From: an uncultured Actinomycetota bacterium
Lineage (GTDB): Bacteria > Actinomycetota > Actinomycetes > JAFAQI01
DNA: 64,000 nucleotides
Direction: 5' to 3'
Assembly (NCBI GenBank): GCA_963770565.1
Contig: CAVYQE010000001.1
Location: 576,001-640,000 of the forward strand
The position numbers and the translations under genes were made by a program. The stretch's first letter is position 1; every line of letters begins with the position of its first letter. The notes below the pieces were generated by a model. That model was given only the letters and a program-made list of their open reading frames with translations. It ran no database searches and was not told the DNA's origin. This document shows, piece by piece, positions 8,867 through 21,584 of the stretch.

Positions 8867-10354
8867 ATGGTTGGGCGGGGATCCGAGGAGCGTTCCGAGC
8901 AGGAGGCGGTACGCCTGGCGAAACTGCAGCGATTGCAGGCCGACGGCGTCGATGCGTACCCGGTCGGAGTTCCCCGTACGACGACCAACGCGGCATTGCG
9001 GGCTCGCTTCCCCGACCTTGCTCCTGACACCGCGACCGGTGAGCACGTTTCGGTGGTCGGGCGGGTGATGTTGAAGCGGGACGGCGGCAAGCTGTGTTTT
9101 GCCACCTTGCGGGACGGATCCGGCGAGGTGCAGGTCATGTTGTCCGTCGACCGGCTCGGCGCGGACCGGCTCGGCGACTGGAAGCGCGACATCGACCTCG
9201 GTGATCACGTCAGTGTCGACGGTGAGGTGATCGCGAGCCGCAGTGGTGAGCTCTCGGTGCTCGCCGACTCCTGGACGCTCGCGAGCAAGGCGCTGCGGCC
9301 GCTGCCGGAGAAGTGGCGCGGGCTGGCCGACCAGGAGGCTCGAGTCCGCCGGCGCTACCTCGACCTGCTGGTCAACCCGGACAGCCGGCGCTTCGTCGAG
9401 GCCCGTGCGACGGTGCTCCACTCGATCCGCCAGACCTTGAACGAGCGCGGGTTCCTCGAGGTCGAGACGCCGATGTTGCAGGTCATGCACGGCGGCGCGT
9501 CGGCGCGCCCGTTCGCGACCCATCTCAACGCCTTGGGCGAGCAGCGATTCCTGCGGATCGCGATCGAGCTGTGGTTGAAGCGGATGGTGGTCGGCGGATT
9601 CGAGCGGGTCTTCGAGATCGGCCGCAACTTCCGCAACGAAGGCGTCGACACCACGCACAGCCCGGAATTCACCATGCTCGAGGTGTACGAAGCCTTCGGC
9701 GACTACGACACGATGGCCGACCTCACCCGCGCGATCGTGCTCGATGCCGCCCGCGCCCTCGGCTCGACCGTGGTGCCGCGAACCGATGGCGGCGAGCTCG
9801 AGCTCGACCAGCCGTGGCGACGGCTGCCGATCTTCGAGGCAGTGAGCCAAGCGACCGGCGCATCGATCACACCGGACACCTCGATCGAAGATCTTCGCCG
9901 GATCTGCGGCGACCGTGAGATCGGCCTGCAGCCGGGGTGGAACGCCGGCGAGATCGTGCTCGAGATCTACGAGCAACTGGTCGAGCACACCTTGATCGAG
10001 CCGACCTTCGTTATGGACTATCCGGCCTCGGTGCGCCCACTCGCGCGACCACATCGTGACGATCCGCGACTGGCCGAGGCGTGGGACCTGGTGATCAACG
10101 GGGTCGAGCTGGCCCCGGCGTACTCCGAGCTGGTGGACCCGGTGGAGCAACGTCGCCGGCTGACCGAGCAGTCGGCCAAGGCCGCGGGTGGCGATCCGGA
10201 AGCGATGCAGCTGGACGAGGATTTCCTTCGCGCCCTCGAATACGGCGCACCGCCGATGGGCGGAATGGGTCTCGGTGTCGATCGACTGCTGATGTTGCTG
10301 ACCGGTGGAAACATTCGCGACGTGATCATCTTCCCGATGGTGCGCGGCGAATAG
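8867..10354 (+). CDS. lysS: Lysine--tRNA ligase (class II)
   Basis: RRRYLDL, EVETPML, FRNEG, HSPEFTMLE, GMGLGVDRL. Confidence 0.97.
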   Translation: MVGRGSEERSEQEAVRLAKLQRLQADGVDAYPVGVPRTTTNAALRARFPDLAPDTATGEHVSVVGRVMLKRDGGKLCFATLRDGSGEVQVMLSVDRLGADRLGDWKRDIDLGDHVSVDGEVIASRSGELSVLADSWTLASKALRPLPEKWRGLADQEARVRRRYLDLLVNPDSRRFVEARATVLHSIRQTLNERGFLEVETPMLQVMHGGASARPFATHLNALGEQRFLRIAIELWLKRMVVGGFERVFEIGRNFRNEGVDTTHSPEFTMLEVYEAFGDYDTMADLTRAIVLDAARALGSTVVPRTDGGELELDQPWRRLPIFEAVSQATGASITPDTSIEDLRRICGDREIGLQPGWNAGEIVLEIYEQLVEHTLIEPTFVMDYPASVRPLARPHRDDPRLAEAWDLVINGVELAPAYSELVDPVEQRRRLTEQSAKAAGGDPEAMQLDEDFLRALEYGAPPMGGMGLGVDRLLMLLTGGNIRDVIIFPMVRGE

Positions 10355-10445
10355 TCGCGAGCGCTTTACCCCTTACCGCTTTTCGGCGGGTGAAATTCGC
10401 TGCGCTAATGTGGGCGGAAACGTACTCGGGTGAGGGGAATTCACA

Positions 10446-10787
10446 ATGGCGCAGCGATTCCAGGTTCTGTTGGTTTGCGACCTGCACGGTGATGACACCG
10501 CAGGAGTCGAGACCGTGCGATTCGCTGTCGATGGTGCGGCGTACGAAATCGACGTCTGCGAGCGCCACGGCGCAAAGCTGCGCGAAGCATTCGCTCCGTA
10601 CGTCGCCGCCGGCCGCAGGGCCGGGCGGGCAGCGGGCGGCCCAGCGCGGCGCCGCGGCCAGCGTTCGGCAGGTGGCGTCGACTCCTCGGCCGTGCGCGCC
10701 TGGGCTCGTTCGCACAACATCAAGGTGAGCGAGCGGGGCCGGATCAGCGCCGACGTGCTCGCGCGCTACGCCGCGTCGAAGAAGTAG
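10446..10787 (+). CDS. lsr2: Nucleoid-associated protein Lsr2
   Basis: ETVRFAVDGAAYEID, VRAWARS, SERGRI AT-hook-like motif. Confidence 0.95.
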   Translation: MAQRFQVLLVCDLHGDDTAGVETVRFAVDGAAYEIDVCERHGAKLREAFAPYVAAGRRAGRAAGGPARRRGQRSAGGVDSSAVRAWARSHNIKVSERGRISADVLARYAASKK

Positions 10788-10834
10788 CGATTGCACCCGT
10801 CTGGCCGAAACAAGATTCCGCCAGCGGCTGAACC

Positions 10835-10861
10835 GGAATGGCATCCGGGCCGATGAGGTTG
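10835..10861 (+). promoter_or_regulatory. SigR/SigH-type ECF promoter upstream of clpC1
   Basis: GGAAT-N18-GTTG, matching the actinobacterial SigR/SigH consensus. Confidence 0.7.
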
Positions 10862-10971
10862 TATCTCGCGTAGCGGGTTCCGGATCGCGACCCATGTCTG
10901 AGTCGCGCCCGGGCTAGCATGCGGGTGAGGACAAGCGGGTTCCCCCGCGCCGCTTCGGCCGAGGAGCAGGC

Positions 10972-13502
<2,531 letters not shown>

Positions 13503-13506
<4 letters not shown>

Positions 13507-14168
13507 CCAGCCGCTTCGAGGGCAGCCCGCATCCGGTCGACGTGGTCACTGAACACGCCGTCGAGCCCGATCGCAAGCGACCGGTCGAGCGATGACCGCC
13601 GCTGCGCGTCGTACCCGAATGCCTGCATCCCCAGCGCGTGCACCTCGTCGACGAGCGGTCGGGTCCACCACAGCCACCGCGCGTTGACCGCTTCGGCACC
13701 GGCGGCGCGGGCCCGTGCGAGCACAGTCCGCCGCCGGCGGGAGCGGATCTCGTTGCCACGGATGGTCACCGCGCGATGGCCGGCCGCAAGGTGCTCGATG
13801 TACGCCGGATCCGATGCAACTACCCACAGCCGGGCGTCGGCGGCGTACTCCGCGGCCACGGCAGCGACCGAATCGGCGATGCCCTCGGACTTGACGTCGA
13901 TCGCGAGGTCGAAGTCGATGCCGCAGCGTTCGTAGAGCTCGGCGAGGGTCGGGATGTGCGCGGGGAGATCCGCGCGCCCCGCGGTTGCGATCGGGTCGCG
14001 GCGGTCCAAGCCGGCCAGGCCGTCGTGATCGAGGACGACCAACCCGTCGCGGGTGAGCCAGGCGTCTGTCTCGAGCCCTGGCGCGCCTTTGGCGAGCGCG
14101 GTCTCGAACGAGACCAGCGTGTTGTCAGGCCCGTGCGAGCCGCCCCGATGTGCGAACCCGTACCTCAT
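13503..14168 (-). CDS. Glycerophosphodiester phosphodiesterase family protein
   Basis: [20 protein letters not shown]...HD, DGVFSD. Confidence 0.88.
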
Positions 14169-15052
14169 GCCGGCAACCGGTATCGGCCCGGTCCGGCGGG
14201 CTGGACCAGCCCGTCGGCCAGCAGTCCGGCCAGTGCCCGCTCGCGCTGGACGTCGTCGTCCCACACGGCGTCGAGCTCGAGCCGCGGTACTGCGCCGGTG
14301 GCATCTCGGAGGACCGCCAGCAACCGGCCGCGCACCTGGCGGTCGGTCCCCGCATAGGTCTGCACCGGGCGGGTCCGGCCACCCTCCGGCCGGCCGGCCC
14401 GATACCACGCACAGGTCGAGCTGGTCGGGCATTGACCGCACGCCGGTGCGCGGGCGGTGCAGACCAGCGCGCCGAGCTCCATCACCGCGACGCTGTAGGC
14501 CGCCGGGTCCGCCAGCGGCACCCGGGCGAGGGCCGCCTCGCGTTCGGCCGTGGTCGGCGCGGAGGTCCTCGCGTCGGCCACGCCATCGAAGACCCGGGCG
14601 TAGACCCGCCGCACGTTGGTGTCGAGGACGGCATGGCGAGCGCCGAAGCCGAAGGTCGCGACCGCCGCCGCGGTGTAGGACCCGATGCCCGGAAGCGCTT
14701 GCAGCTCCTCGAGGCCGGCGGGTACGGCGCCGCCGTGGCGGTCGACGATCGCGACCGCGGCTTCGTGCAGTCGAAGTGCGCGGCGGGGGTAGCCGAGCCG
14801 CCCCCATGCGCGGACCGCCTCGCCAGGTGAGTCCGCGGCCAGGGCGGCCGGCGTCGGCCAACGCGCCAGCCACTGTTCCCAGCTCGGGATCACCCGCGTC
14901 GCCGGCGTCTGCTGGAGCATCACCTCGCTGACCAGGACGCCCCACGGGCTCACCCCCGCGGCCCGCCAGGGCAGGTCGCGGGCGTTCGCGGCGTACCAGG
15001 CGGTGACGGTGGCGGTGAACGACGATGCCATGACGGTCGGAGAGTCTGTCAC
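14165..15052 (-). CDS. mutY: A/G-specific adenine glycosylase
   Basis: RDLPWR, VSEVMLQQT, LGYPRRA, HhH LPGIGSYTA, DTNVRR, Cx6Cx2Cx5C Fe-S motif. Confidence 0.95.
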   Translation of the reverse strand: MTDSPTVMASSFTATVTAWYAANARDLPWRAAGVSPWGVLVSEVMLQQTPATRVIPSWEQWLARWPTPAALAADSPGEAVRAWGRLGYPRRALRLHEAAVAIVDRHGGAVPAGLEELQALPGIGSYTAAAVATFGFGARHAVLDTNVRRVYARVFDGVADARTSAPTTAEREAALARVPLADPAAYSVAVMELGALVCTARAPACGQCPTSSTCAWYRAGRPEGGRTRPVQTYAGTDRQVRGRLLAVLRDATGAVPRLELDAVWDDDVQRERALAGLLADGLVQPAGPGRYRLPA

Positions 15053-15096
15053 GAGGACGCCGGGGATTGGCCGGGCTGGACCTTACGATCAAGATC

Positions 15097-15690
15097 GTGA
15101 GCACCGTGCTCTGGCCGGTAGGTCCGCACGAGCCGCGGGTCTACTGGATCCGGCGCGGGGTGCTTCTGGTCGTCATCGTGGCCATCGTCGTCGTGCTGGT
15201 CAACCTGCTCTCGGGCGGCGGGTCCAAGAAGCCAACGACCGGGCACCACTCCTCGCCGACCCCGTCGACCTCGACCTCACCGCCGTCGACCCCGCCCGCT
15301 GTGGCGGCCTGCAATCCGAGCGTGATCACGCTCGTGCTGTCGACCAGCGCGTCCGGTTACACCTCGGGGGAGTCCGCCACGTTGATCGGTTCGTTCAGCA
15401 ACCCGTCGACCTCACCGTGCCGGCTGACCTCGACGCCGTCGAACGAAGCCTGGACGATCACCTCCGGTAGCGACCACATCTGGACCACGAAGGGCTGCCC
15501 GAGCACGCTGCCGGCGAAGACGATCAAGATCAAGGCGGGCGGGACGAAGACGATCACGACCGTCTGGGACGGTCACCGGCTCGATACCGGGTGCGCCGCG
15601 GGCAGCGCGGCGCTTCCGGGTGAGTACGTGTTGCACGCGACGCTGGACGGCATCAAGGGCAAGCCCGCGGTGTTCCACGTCACGTCGTAG
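15097..15690 (+). CDS. Conserved membrane-anchored hypothetical protein
   Basis: PVGP...VYWIRR N-terminus, one TM, S/T/P linker, Cys-containing beta domain; usual neighbour of disA/mutY. Confidence 0.8.
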   Translation: MSTVLWPVGPHEPRVYWIRRGVLLVVIVAIVVVLVNLLSGGGSKKPTTGHHSSPTPSTSTSPPSTPPAVAACNPSVITLVLSTSASGYTSGESATLIGSFSNPSTSPCRLTSTPSNEAWTITSGSDHIWTTKGCPSTLPAKTIKIKAGGTKTITTVWDGHRLDTGCAAGSAALPGEYVLHATLDGIKGKPAVFHVTS

Positions 15691-15734
15691 CACGCGAATT
15701 GTTCTGAACCGGGCGGATTCGGGCGGGCTGCCCG

Positions 15735-15763
15735 CTCAAGCACCTTCGGTTCAGCGACGACAC
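15735..15763 (+). promoter_or_regulatory. Possible sigma28 (FliA/WhiG)-type promoter for the che genes
   Basis: CTCAAG-N15-GACGACAC just before the cheB GTG, with no RBS; imperfect match to a GCCGA -10. Confidence 0.35.
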
Positions 15764-15770
15764 CTCAACA

Positions 15771-16979
15771 GTGAGCGCGCAGCCGGAGAGCCCAGCTCCG
15801 GTCTCCATCGTGGTCGTTGACGACTCCGCGACCCAACGACGCTTCATTCGTACCGCGTTGTCCGCGGACCCGACCCTCGAGGTGGTCGGCGAGGCCCGGA
15901 CCGGCCGTGACGCGGTTGCCCTCGTCGAGCGGCTGCGCCCGTCCGTCGTCCTGATGGACCTGCACCTGCCGGTGATGGACGGCATCCAGGCGATCGAGCG
16001 GATCATGGCCACCCGGCCGACCCCGATCGTGGTCTACTCCTCGTTCGTCGACGGGATGGACCGCGACAACGCCGCCTCGGCGTACTCGGCCGGTGCCGTC
16101 GATGTGATCGCCAAGCCCGGCCCGCACGACAGCGGCCGGCTCGAGGCGTACGCCGAAGTGCTCTGCCAGCGGCTGAAGGTGGCCGGCCGGGTCCGGGTGA
16201 TCACCCACCCGCGCGGTCGGCTCGGCATGTCGGGTACGGCGCTGACCACGCTGAGGCTCGACGCGCCACCGGGGAGTACGGGCGAGGGGCGCGGCCGGGC
16301 CCGTGAGGCCGGCCAGCCGCGAGGATCGCACTCGCGCCGGGCGTCCGCGCCACCACGACGGATCGACCCGGCCGAACTGCGCGAGGTCAAGGTGCTGGCG
16401 ATCGGTGCGTCGACCGGCGGCCCGCAGGCGCTCGCGATGCTGCTGTCCGGACTCTCGCCCGACACGACGGCCGCGATCGTCGTGGTCCAGCACATGGCGG
16501 ACGGCTTCATGGAGGGGTTGGCGTCCTGGCTGAACGACGTCTGCCCGCTCCCGGTCGAACTCGGCGCGAACGGCAAGCGGATGGTGCCCGGCACCGTGAC
16601 GATCGCTCCGAGCGGCCTGAACCTCGTCGTCCACGACCGGTTGCGACTGACCACGCACGACCCTGAGCCGGGGCAGTACCACGTCCCTGGCATCGACGCG
16701 ACGTTCTCCTCGGTAGCGCAGGCCTATGGCGCGGCCGCGGTCGGGGTGTTGCTGACCGGGATGGGGCGTGACGGCGCGCGCGGGCTCAAGCGGATGCGGG
16801 ACCACGGCGCGTTGACCCTCGTGCAGGACGAGTCGACCAGCGCGGTGTACGGAATGCCGGCCGCGGCGATGTCCGCCGGCGCGGTCGACGTCCAGCTGCC
16901 GCTACCTGAGATCTGCTCGGCGGTCTATCGGTTGTTGGAGACCGGGTCACTGGCCACGGACGAGGATGGCTCGGGATGA
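15771..16979 (+). CDS. cheB: Chemotaxis protein-glutamate methylesterase with receiver domain
   Basis: Receiver (VVDD, LMDLHLP, KP) plus GASTGG, VQHM, LTGMGRDGA catalytic motifs. Confidence 0.94.
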   Translation: MSAQPESPAPVSIVVVDDSATQRRFIRTALSADPTLEVVGEARTGRDAVALVERLRPSVVLMDLHLPVMDGIQAIERIMATRPTPIVVYSSFVDGMDRDNAASAYSAGAVDVIAKPGPHDSGRLEAYAEVLCQRLKVAGRVRVITHPRGRLGMSGTALTTLRLDAPPGSTGEGRGRAREAGQPRGSHSRRASAPPRRIDPAELREVKVLAIGASTGGPQALAMLLSGLSPDTTAAIVVVQHMADGFMEGLASWLNDVCPLPVELGANGKRMVPGTVTIAPSGLNLVVHDRLRLTTHDPEPGQYHVPGIDATFSSVAQAYGAAAVGVLLTGMGRDGARGLKRMRDHGALTLVQDESTSAVYGMPAAAMSAGAVDVQLPLPEICSAVYRLLETGSLATDEDGSG

Positions 16980-18433
16980 CCCGCGTCGTACTGAGCGACT
17001 ACGAGTTCGCCTCGATCGCGAGCCTGCTGCACGACGCGGCCGGCCTCACCTTCGACGAGTCGCGGCGCGACTCGCTCACCTTCAGCGTCGCCGAGCGGAT
17101 GAACGTCACCGGCGCCCCCGACGTGGCGGCGTACCTCGCGATCCTCATCGACCCCGACGGGGCGTCGGAGCGGCAGGCGCTCATCGACGAGGTGACGATC
17201 CCGGAGACCCACTTCTTCCGCAATCCGCCGCAGGTTCGCGCGCTGCGGACGTACGTGCTGCCGGAACTGCTGCGGCAGGCGGCCGCGGGCCGGCGGTTGC
17301 GGATCTGGAGTGCCGGGTGCTCGACCGGCGAGGAGGCCTACACGGTCGCGATCCTGATCCGTGAGCTGCTCCCGCCGAACGCCGACTGGGACGTCAAGGT
17401 GATCGCGACGGACGTGTCGAAGCGGGCGCTCGCGACCGCCGGCGCAGCGCACTACTCGGAGCGCTCGTTCGTCATGACCGACCCGCTCGATCTCGCCCGC
17501 TGGTTCGTCCTCGACACCGAGAGCGGCTGCTGGGTCGTCCGCGACGAGGTCCGGGAGCTGGTCGAGTTCCGCCACCACAACCTGGTGACCGACCACCCGC
17601 CGTTCGAGCTCGATCAGGCCGACCTGATCCTCTGCCGGAACGTGACGATCTACTTCGACCGCGAGACCACCCGGCGGCTGATGAAGCGGCTGCACAACCG
17701 GCTCCGCGACGGCGGCTACCTGTTCCTCGGGCACGCCGAGACGCTGTGGCAGATCAGCGACGACTTCTCGCTGGTGTCGCTGGGCGATGCCTTTGTCTAC
17801 CGCCGGCTCGAGCAGCCCACCGAGGGCGAGAAGCGGCGCTGGGTGCTGCGTGACCGCCGGACCGAGGACGAGCTCCGTCCGACCCGGGCCGACCGTCGCC
17901 GCGGCGACGCCGACCGGCGCGGGCGTGCCTCGCGCGAGGTTCCGGCGCCGCGTCGCTCCGAGGCCGAACTGCTGCTGTCCGACGTCGAACCGGTCCCGCC
18001 CTCGCCGACCCGTGACCCGCTCGACGCGGTCCGGGTAGCGATTGCCCAAGGCCGGTACGCCGAGGCCGCCGACCTGGCCGGCGAAGTCGTCGCGGCCACG
18101 CCGCTGTGGGCGCAGGCGCACTATCTACAGGGCGTTGCGCTCACCAACCTCGGCCGGGATGCCGATGCTCTGGTCGTGCTGCGAAAGGCCGTCTACCTCG
18201 ACCCCGACCATGGCTTCGCCCATTTCCTGCTCGGCGGTGCGCTCGATCGCCTCGACGAGCCGGTCGCGGCGTCGCGGTCGTACCGGGCCGCCGCGAACAC
18301 GCTCGGCCGGCGCCCGATGGACGGTGTGGCCGCCGAGCTCGGTGGCCGGAGCGTGGTCGAGCTCGCCGACCTCTGCGACCAGCTGGCCCGCCGCGCCGAT
18401 GCGGCATCCAAGGCCCAGGAGCGCTCGCCGTGA
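16976..18433 (+). CDS. cheR: Chemotaxis methyltransferase CheR with C-terminal TPR repeats
   Basis: TIPETHFFR, WSAGCSTGEEAY, DLILCRNVTIYF, GHAE; TPR-like AHYLQGVAL...RKAVYLDP. Confidence 0.93.
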   Translation: MTRVVLSDYEFASIASLLHDAAGLTFDESRRDSLTFSVAERMNVTGAPDVAAYLAILIDPDGASERQALIDEVTIPETHFFRNPPQVRALRTYVLPELLRQAAAGRRLRIWSAGCSTGEEAYTVAILIRELLPPNADWDVKVIATDVSKRALATAGAAHYSERSFVMTDPLDLARWFVLDTESGCWVVRDEVRELVEFRHHNLVTDHPPFELDQADLILCRNVTIYFDRETTRRLMKRLHNRLRDGGYLFLGHAETLWQISDDFSLVSLGDAFVYRRLEQPTEGEKRRWVLRDRRTEDELRPTRADRRRGDADRRGRASREVPAPRRSEAELLLSDVEPVPPSPTRDPLDAVRVAIAQGRYAEAADLAGEVVAATPLWAQAHYLQGVALTNLGRDADALVVLRKAVYLDPDHGFAHFLLGGALDRLDEPVAASRSYRAAANTLGRRPMDGVAAELGGRSVVELADLCDQLARRADAASKAQERSP

Positions 18434-18885
18434 CCCCCGGATACGTGATGTTCCGGGTCGCTGATCAGGCCTTCGCGCTCTCGCTCAGCGACACCCGCGA
18501 GATCGTACGACTGCACGGGCTCGAGCATCTGCCCGGCACCCGGCCGCCGATGGCCGGCGTCATCACCTTGCGTGGCAACCCGCTGCCGGTGCTCGATCTT
18601 CGCGGTCCGGACGCGCCCGACGACCGCGGCGACGTCCTGGTGATGGAGGTCGCGGGTGATCCGGTCGGCGTGGCCGTCGACGAGGTCATCGCGGTGCTGT
18701 CCGCGAAGGACCTGCCGGCTGCCGCGGAGCCGCCGGCCAAGACCTTGCCGTCGTACGTGATCGGGCTTCGTCGTAGCGCGAGTGGGCCGGTGCTTCTCGT
18801 CGACCTGCAGCGCATGCTCGACGTCACCGCCGAGGGCTGGGCCGACACCCTGCCCGGTGGTAGCTCTTCGGTCCTCGCGTCCTGA
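18430..18885 (+). CDS. cheW: Chemotaxis adaptor CheW
   Basis: FRVADQAFAL...REIV, GVITLRGNPLPVLDLR, VGVAVDEV. Confidence 0.9.
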   Translation: MTPGYVMFRVADQAFALSLSDTREIVRLHGLEHLPGTRPPMAGVITLRGNPLPVLDLRGPDAPDDRGDVLVMEVAGDPVGVAVDEVIAVLSAKDLPAAAEPPAKTLPSYVIGLRRSASGPVLLVDLQRMLDVTAEGWADTLPGGSSSVLAS

Positions 18886-18900
18886 CCGCTTCGCGGAAGC

Positions 18901-19992
18901 TCAGACGTAGCGTTCGAGGATCGACGACTCGGCCAGCCGCGACAGGCCCTCCCGCACCGAGCGAGCCCGGGTGTCGCCGACGCCTTCGACGAGCTGCAGG
19001 TCGTCGATCGAGGCGGCAAGCAGCTTCTGCAGCCCGCCGAAGTGCTCGACCAGGCGGTCGACGACCGCGGGTGGCAGCCGCGGGACCCGGGCCAGCAGCC
19101 GGTAGCCGCGCGGCGAGACGGCGTTGTCGAGTACGTCGGAGCTCGCACCGAAACCGCACACCCGGGCGATGACGGCGAGGTCGAGCAGGTCGGTGGCCGA
19201 GACGTTGTCGAGGTCGGCCCGGACGTCGGCCACGGTGCGAGGCTTGCGGCCGTGCTGGGTCGGCAGGTAGTCGCGCACGATCAGGTCGCGCTCCTGCGTG
19301 ACGCCGGCCATCAGCTCGTCGAGCTGCAGCGACAGCAAGCGGCCGTCGGTGCCGAGCTCGACGACGTACCCCTCGATCTCCGAGGCGATCCGCAGCACCA
19401 TCTCGAGCCGCTGCGTCACCGCGACCGCGTCGCGGACCGTGACCAGGTCTTCGATCTCGAGTGCCGACAGCGTGCCGTTGACCTCGTCGAGGCGCATCTT
19501 GTAGCGCTCGAGCGTGGCGAGCGCCTGGTTGGCACGGGACAGGATTGCCGCGGAGTTGTCCAGGACGTAACGGCGACCTTCGACGTACAGCGCGATGATC
19601 TGCATCGACTGGCTCACGCTGACCACGGGGTATCCGGTCTGCTTTGCCACTCGCTCCGCGGTGCGGTGCCGGGTGCCGGACTCGTCGGTCGGGATGGTGG
19701 GGTCAGGCACCAGGTGGGTCGCCGCCCACACGATCTTGGTCAACGAGTCGTCGAGCACGACCGCGCCGTCCATCTTGGCCAGTTCGCGCAGCCGGGTGGA
19801 CGACAGCTCCACGTCGAGCGGGAACCCGCCGGTGCACAGCGACTCGACCGTCTTGTCGTAGCCGAACACGATCAGCGCACCGGTGTGACCGCGCAGGATC
19901 CGCTCAAGGCCGTCGCGAAGCGCGGTCCCGGGAGCGATCTGGGCGAGAGTTGCGCGCAGCTGTTCGCCGTCGGGTCGGTCGGAGGTTGCCAC
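18901..19992 (-). CDS. disA: DNA integrity scanning diadenylate cyclase
   Basis: [16 protein letters not shown] and RHR catalytic motifs, C-terminal HhH. Confidence 0.97.
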   Translation of the reverse strand: MATSDRPDGEQLRATLAQIAPGTALRDGLERILRGHTGALIVFGYDKTVESLCTGGFPLDVELSSTRLRELAKMDGAVVLDDSLTKIVWAATHLVPDPTIPTDESGTRHRTAERVAKQTGYPVVSVSQSMQIIALYVEGRRYVLDNSAAILSRANQALATLERYKMRLDEVNGTLSALEIEDLVTVRDAVAVTQRLEMVLRIASEIEGYVVELGTDGRLLSLQLDELMAGVTQERDLIVRDYLPTQHGRKPRTVADVRADLDNVSATDLLDLAVIARVCGFGASSDVLDNAVSPRGYRLLARVPRLPPAVVDRLVEHFGGLQKLLAASIDDLQLVEGVGDTRARSVREGLSRLAESSILERYV

Positions 19993-20069
19993 CGGACTCC
20001 TCGTCGCGCGCTCGATGAAGGCGACTTTGAGTCTACGGGCGACTGCGGTCCGCTCTGGTCACCGTGCGG

Positions 20070-21476
20070 TCACGATGGCGCCGGGCTTGCGGGTACGACA
20101 TCGCGGCGTGCAGACGAGCTGAGCCGGGCCACTGCGCGCACGGCCTCCGCGAGGTCGGCGGCCTCGATGACGTCGAGCTGGCTGTGGGTGCTGCCGCAGT
20201 TGCGTGGCACGAGCACGGTGGTGAAGCCGAGCCGGGCGGCTTCGGCCAGCCGGGCGCGGACGGCCGAGACCGGGCGGAGCTCACCCGCTAGGCCGACCTC
20301 GCCGATCGCCACCAGCCCCGGGCTGAGGGCTTTGTCGCGTAGCGATCCGGCGATCGCCAGCGCAAGGGCAAGATCGGCCGCGGGCTCCGCGAGGCGTACG
20401 CCCCCGACGGTCGCCGCGTAGACCTCGCGACGGGACAGCTTGAGTCCCAGCCGGCGCTCGAGCACCGCGAGCAGCATCGCGATCCGCTGCCCGTCGAGAC
20501 CGCTGGTCGCGCGCCGCGGGGTCATCGGCTGCTCCTCACCGACCAGTGCCTGGACCTCGGTCAACAGCGCGCGCCGACCCTCCATCGTGACCGTCACGCA
20601 GGTGCCGGGAACCGGAGCCGTGCCGTGGGCGAGGAACAGCCCGGATGGGTCGGGCAGGCCGACGATGCCTTCGTCGCTCAGGTCGAAGCAGCCGACCTCG
20701 TCGGCCGGCCCGAAGCGGTTCTTCACCGTTCGCACCAGGCGCAGCCGCGAGTGCCGGTCGCCTTCGAACGACAGCACCGTGTCGACCAGGTGCTCGAGCG
20801 TGCGCGGTCCCGCGATCGCGCCGTCCTTGGTGACGTGCCCGACGAGCAGCACCGCGATGCCGCGCGACTTCGCCACCCGGATCAGCGCAGTCGCGACCTC
20901 ACGGACCTGCGCCACCCCGCCGGCCGACCCGTCGATGCCGGCGGACGCGATGGTCTGCACCGAATCGACGATCAGGACAGCGGGTTGCACTGCGTCGACG
21001 TGACCCAGCACCGCCGACAGGTCGGTCTCGGCGGCGAGGTAGAGGTGGTCGGCGAGTGCCTTGATCCGGCCGGCCCGCATCCGGACCTGCGCCGCGGACT
21101 CCTCGCCGGTGATCAGCAGGCAGGTCGAGCCGCCGGCGGCGATCCGGGCGGCGGCGCTGACCAGCAGCGTGGACTTGCCGACGCCAGGCTCGCCGGCGAC
21201 CAGGACCACTGATCCGGGCACCAGCCCGCCACCGAGAACCCGATCGAGCTCAGGCTCGCCGGTGGGCCGGTGCTGGGCGTCGTGCGCGGGAACGTCCGCG
21301 ATCGGCAGTGCGGCGGTCGTCACCGGCCCGGCAACCACGGTCAGCCCGGGCCGCGCGCCGACCTCGAGCACGCTGCCCCAGGCCTGGCACTCCGGGCACC
21401 GGCCGACCCACTTCGCCACCTCGAGCCCGCATTCCTCGCACCGATATGCCGGCCGGGTCGCGGCCTTGGTCGCCAT
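20070..21476 (-). CDS. radA: DNA repair protein RadA/Sms
   Basis: C4 zinc finger, GEPGVGKST, KNRFG, Lon-like C-terminus. Confidence 0.97.
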   Translation of the reverse strand: MATKAATRPAYRCEECGLEVAKWVGRCPECQAWGSVLEVGARPGLTVVAGPVTTAALPIADVPAHDAQHRPTGEPELDRVLGGGLVPGSVVLVAGEPGVGKSTLLVSAAARIAAGGSTCLLITGEESAAQVRMRAGRIKALADHLYLAAETDLSAVLGHVDAVQPAVLIVDSVQTIASAGIDGSAGGVAQVREVATALIRVAKSRGIAVLLVGHVTKDGAIAGPRTLEHLVDTVLSFEGDRHSRLRLVRTVKNRFGPADEVGCFDLSDEGIVGLPDPSGLFLAHGTAPVPGTCVTVTMEGRRALLTEVQALVGEEQPMTPRRATSGLDGQRIAMLLAVLERRLGLKLSRREVYAATVGGVRLAEPAADLALALAIAGSLRDKALSPGLVAIGEVGLAGELRPVSAVRARLAEAARLGFTTVLVPRNCGSTHSQLDVIEAADLAEAVRAVARLSSSARRDVVPASPAPS

Positions 21477-21584
21477 GGGGTGACGCTAGATCCGGCGTAC
21501 GACGGTTTGCCATCGCGACGCGCCGCTGTGGACGACCGTCCTGGACAGGCACTTCGGCTCGTGCCCTGCCGGCCCAGCCGAGGC

